From: an uncultured Planctomycetota bacterium
GTDB taxonomy: Bacteria > Planctomycetota > Planctomycetia > Isosphaerales > Isosphaeraceae
Reading direction: 5' to 3'
DNA length: 64,000 nt
NCBI GenBank assembly: GCA_963823665.1
Contig: CAWGMQ010000006.1
Span: forward strand, 384,001 to 448,000
Positions 63,745 to 64,000 of this stretch are shown here, in pieces (position 1 is the stretch's first letter; each line of letters opens with the position of its first letter). A program made the translations under genes and the position numbers. Below the pieces are notes generated by a model. That model was not told the DNA's origin. It ran no database searches and worked only from the letters and a program-made list of their open reading frames with translations.

Positions 63745-63792
63745 ATCAACAGACGACGAACCGACGACCTGCTGCTCCCTCCGTCCTGGGGA

Positions 63793-63849
63793 GGGAAACA
63801 GGGACGCGGGGAGAGAAACAGGGGAGGGAAACAGGGACGCGATTAGTTT
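63793..63849. repeat. REP-like GGAAACAGGGACGCG cluster
   Basis: The reverse complement AAACTAATCGCGTCCCTGTTTCC matches AAACTGATCACGTCCCTGTTTCC at ~1210. Confidence 0.75.
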
Positions 63850-64000
63850 GTCTACGAATCTGACCGCTGGGTGGAATCCGCGTAATCAGCTCGTCGCCTC
63901 GGTCGCCGATTGGCTCGCTTTCCGTGAAGGAAAGGAATGTCAGATACCGACCTGGTGCCGAGCGTCGGGCACTCGCCTTCGGCGTGTTCGAGATGACCAG

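Noticed and set aside
63850..64000. Partial CDS at the window end
   Set aside because: No frame gives a recognisable protein in 150 bp.

Overview
GC-rich bacterial chromosome segment, most likely from a Planctomycete (Isosphaeraceae-like). The assignment rests on a PVC-type heme CxxCH protein, an ECF sigma/Ser-Thr kinase pair, a LENRQLLA planctomycete extracellular motif, MfnB and planctomycete-style REPs. In order, the window contains: (1) a ~13 kb minus-strand block (ECF sigma, STK-TPR, PVC heme protein, tandem esterase, Tat oxidoreductase) bracketed by a ~255 bp direct repeat; (2) a 6x69 bp REP array, a REP-invaded hypothetical gene and a Uma2 nuclease; (3) a SAM-I riboswitch operon (ThrC-like PLP enzyme, MoaD/CysO-like sulfur carrier, MoeB/ThiF, STAS, cysteine desulfurase); (4) polysaccharide deacetylase, two GT2s, gap, pgk and assorted housekeeping or secreted proteins; (5) tRNA-Gln(CTG) with a ~14 kb integrase-less island bounded by a 24 bp att repeat, carrying a cytoplasmic trypsin-like protease, two HEPN-like genes and a ~3100 aa transglutaminase-like/Ig-repeat protein; (6) a non-coding REP/repeat mosaic at the right end. 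At least 12 genes, including gap, have single-base frameshifts, which most likely reflect sequencing or assembly indel errors. All domain calls come from motif reading by eye; no searches were run.
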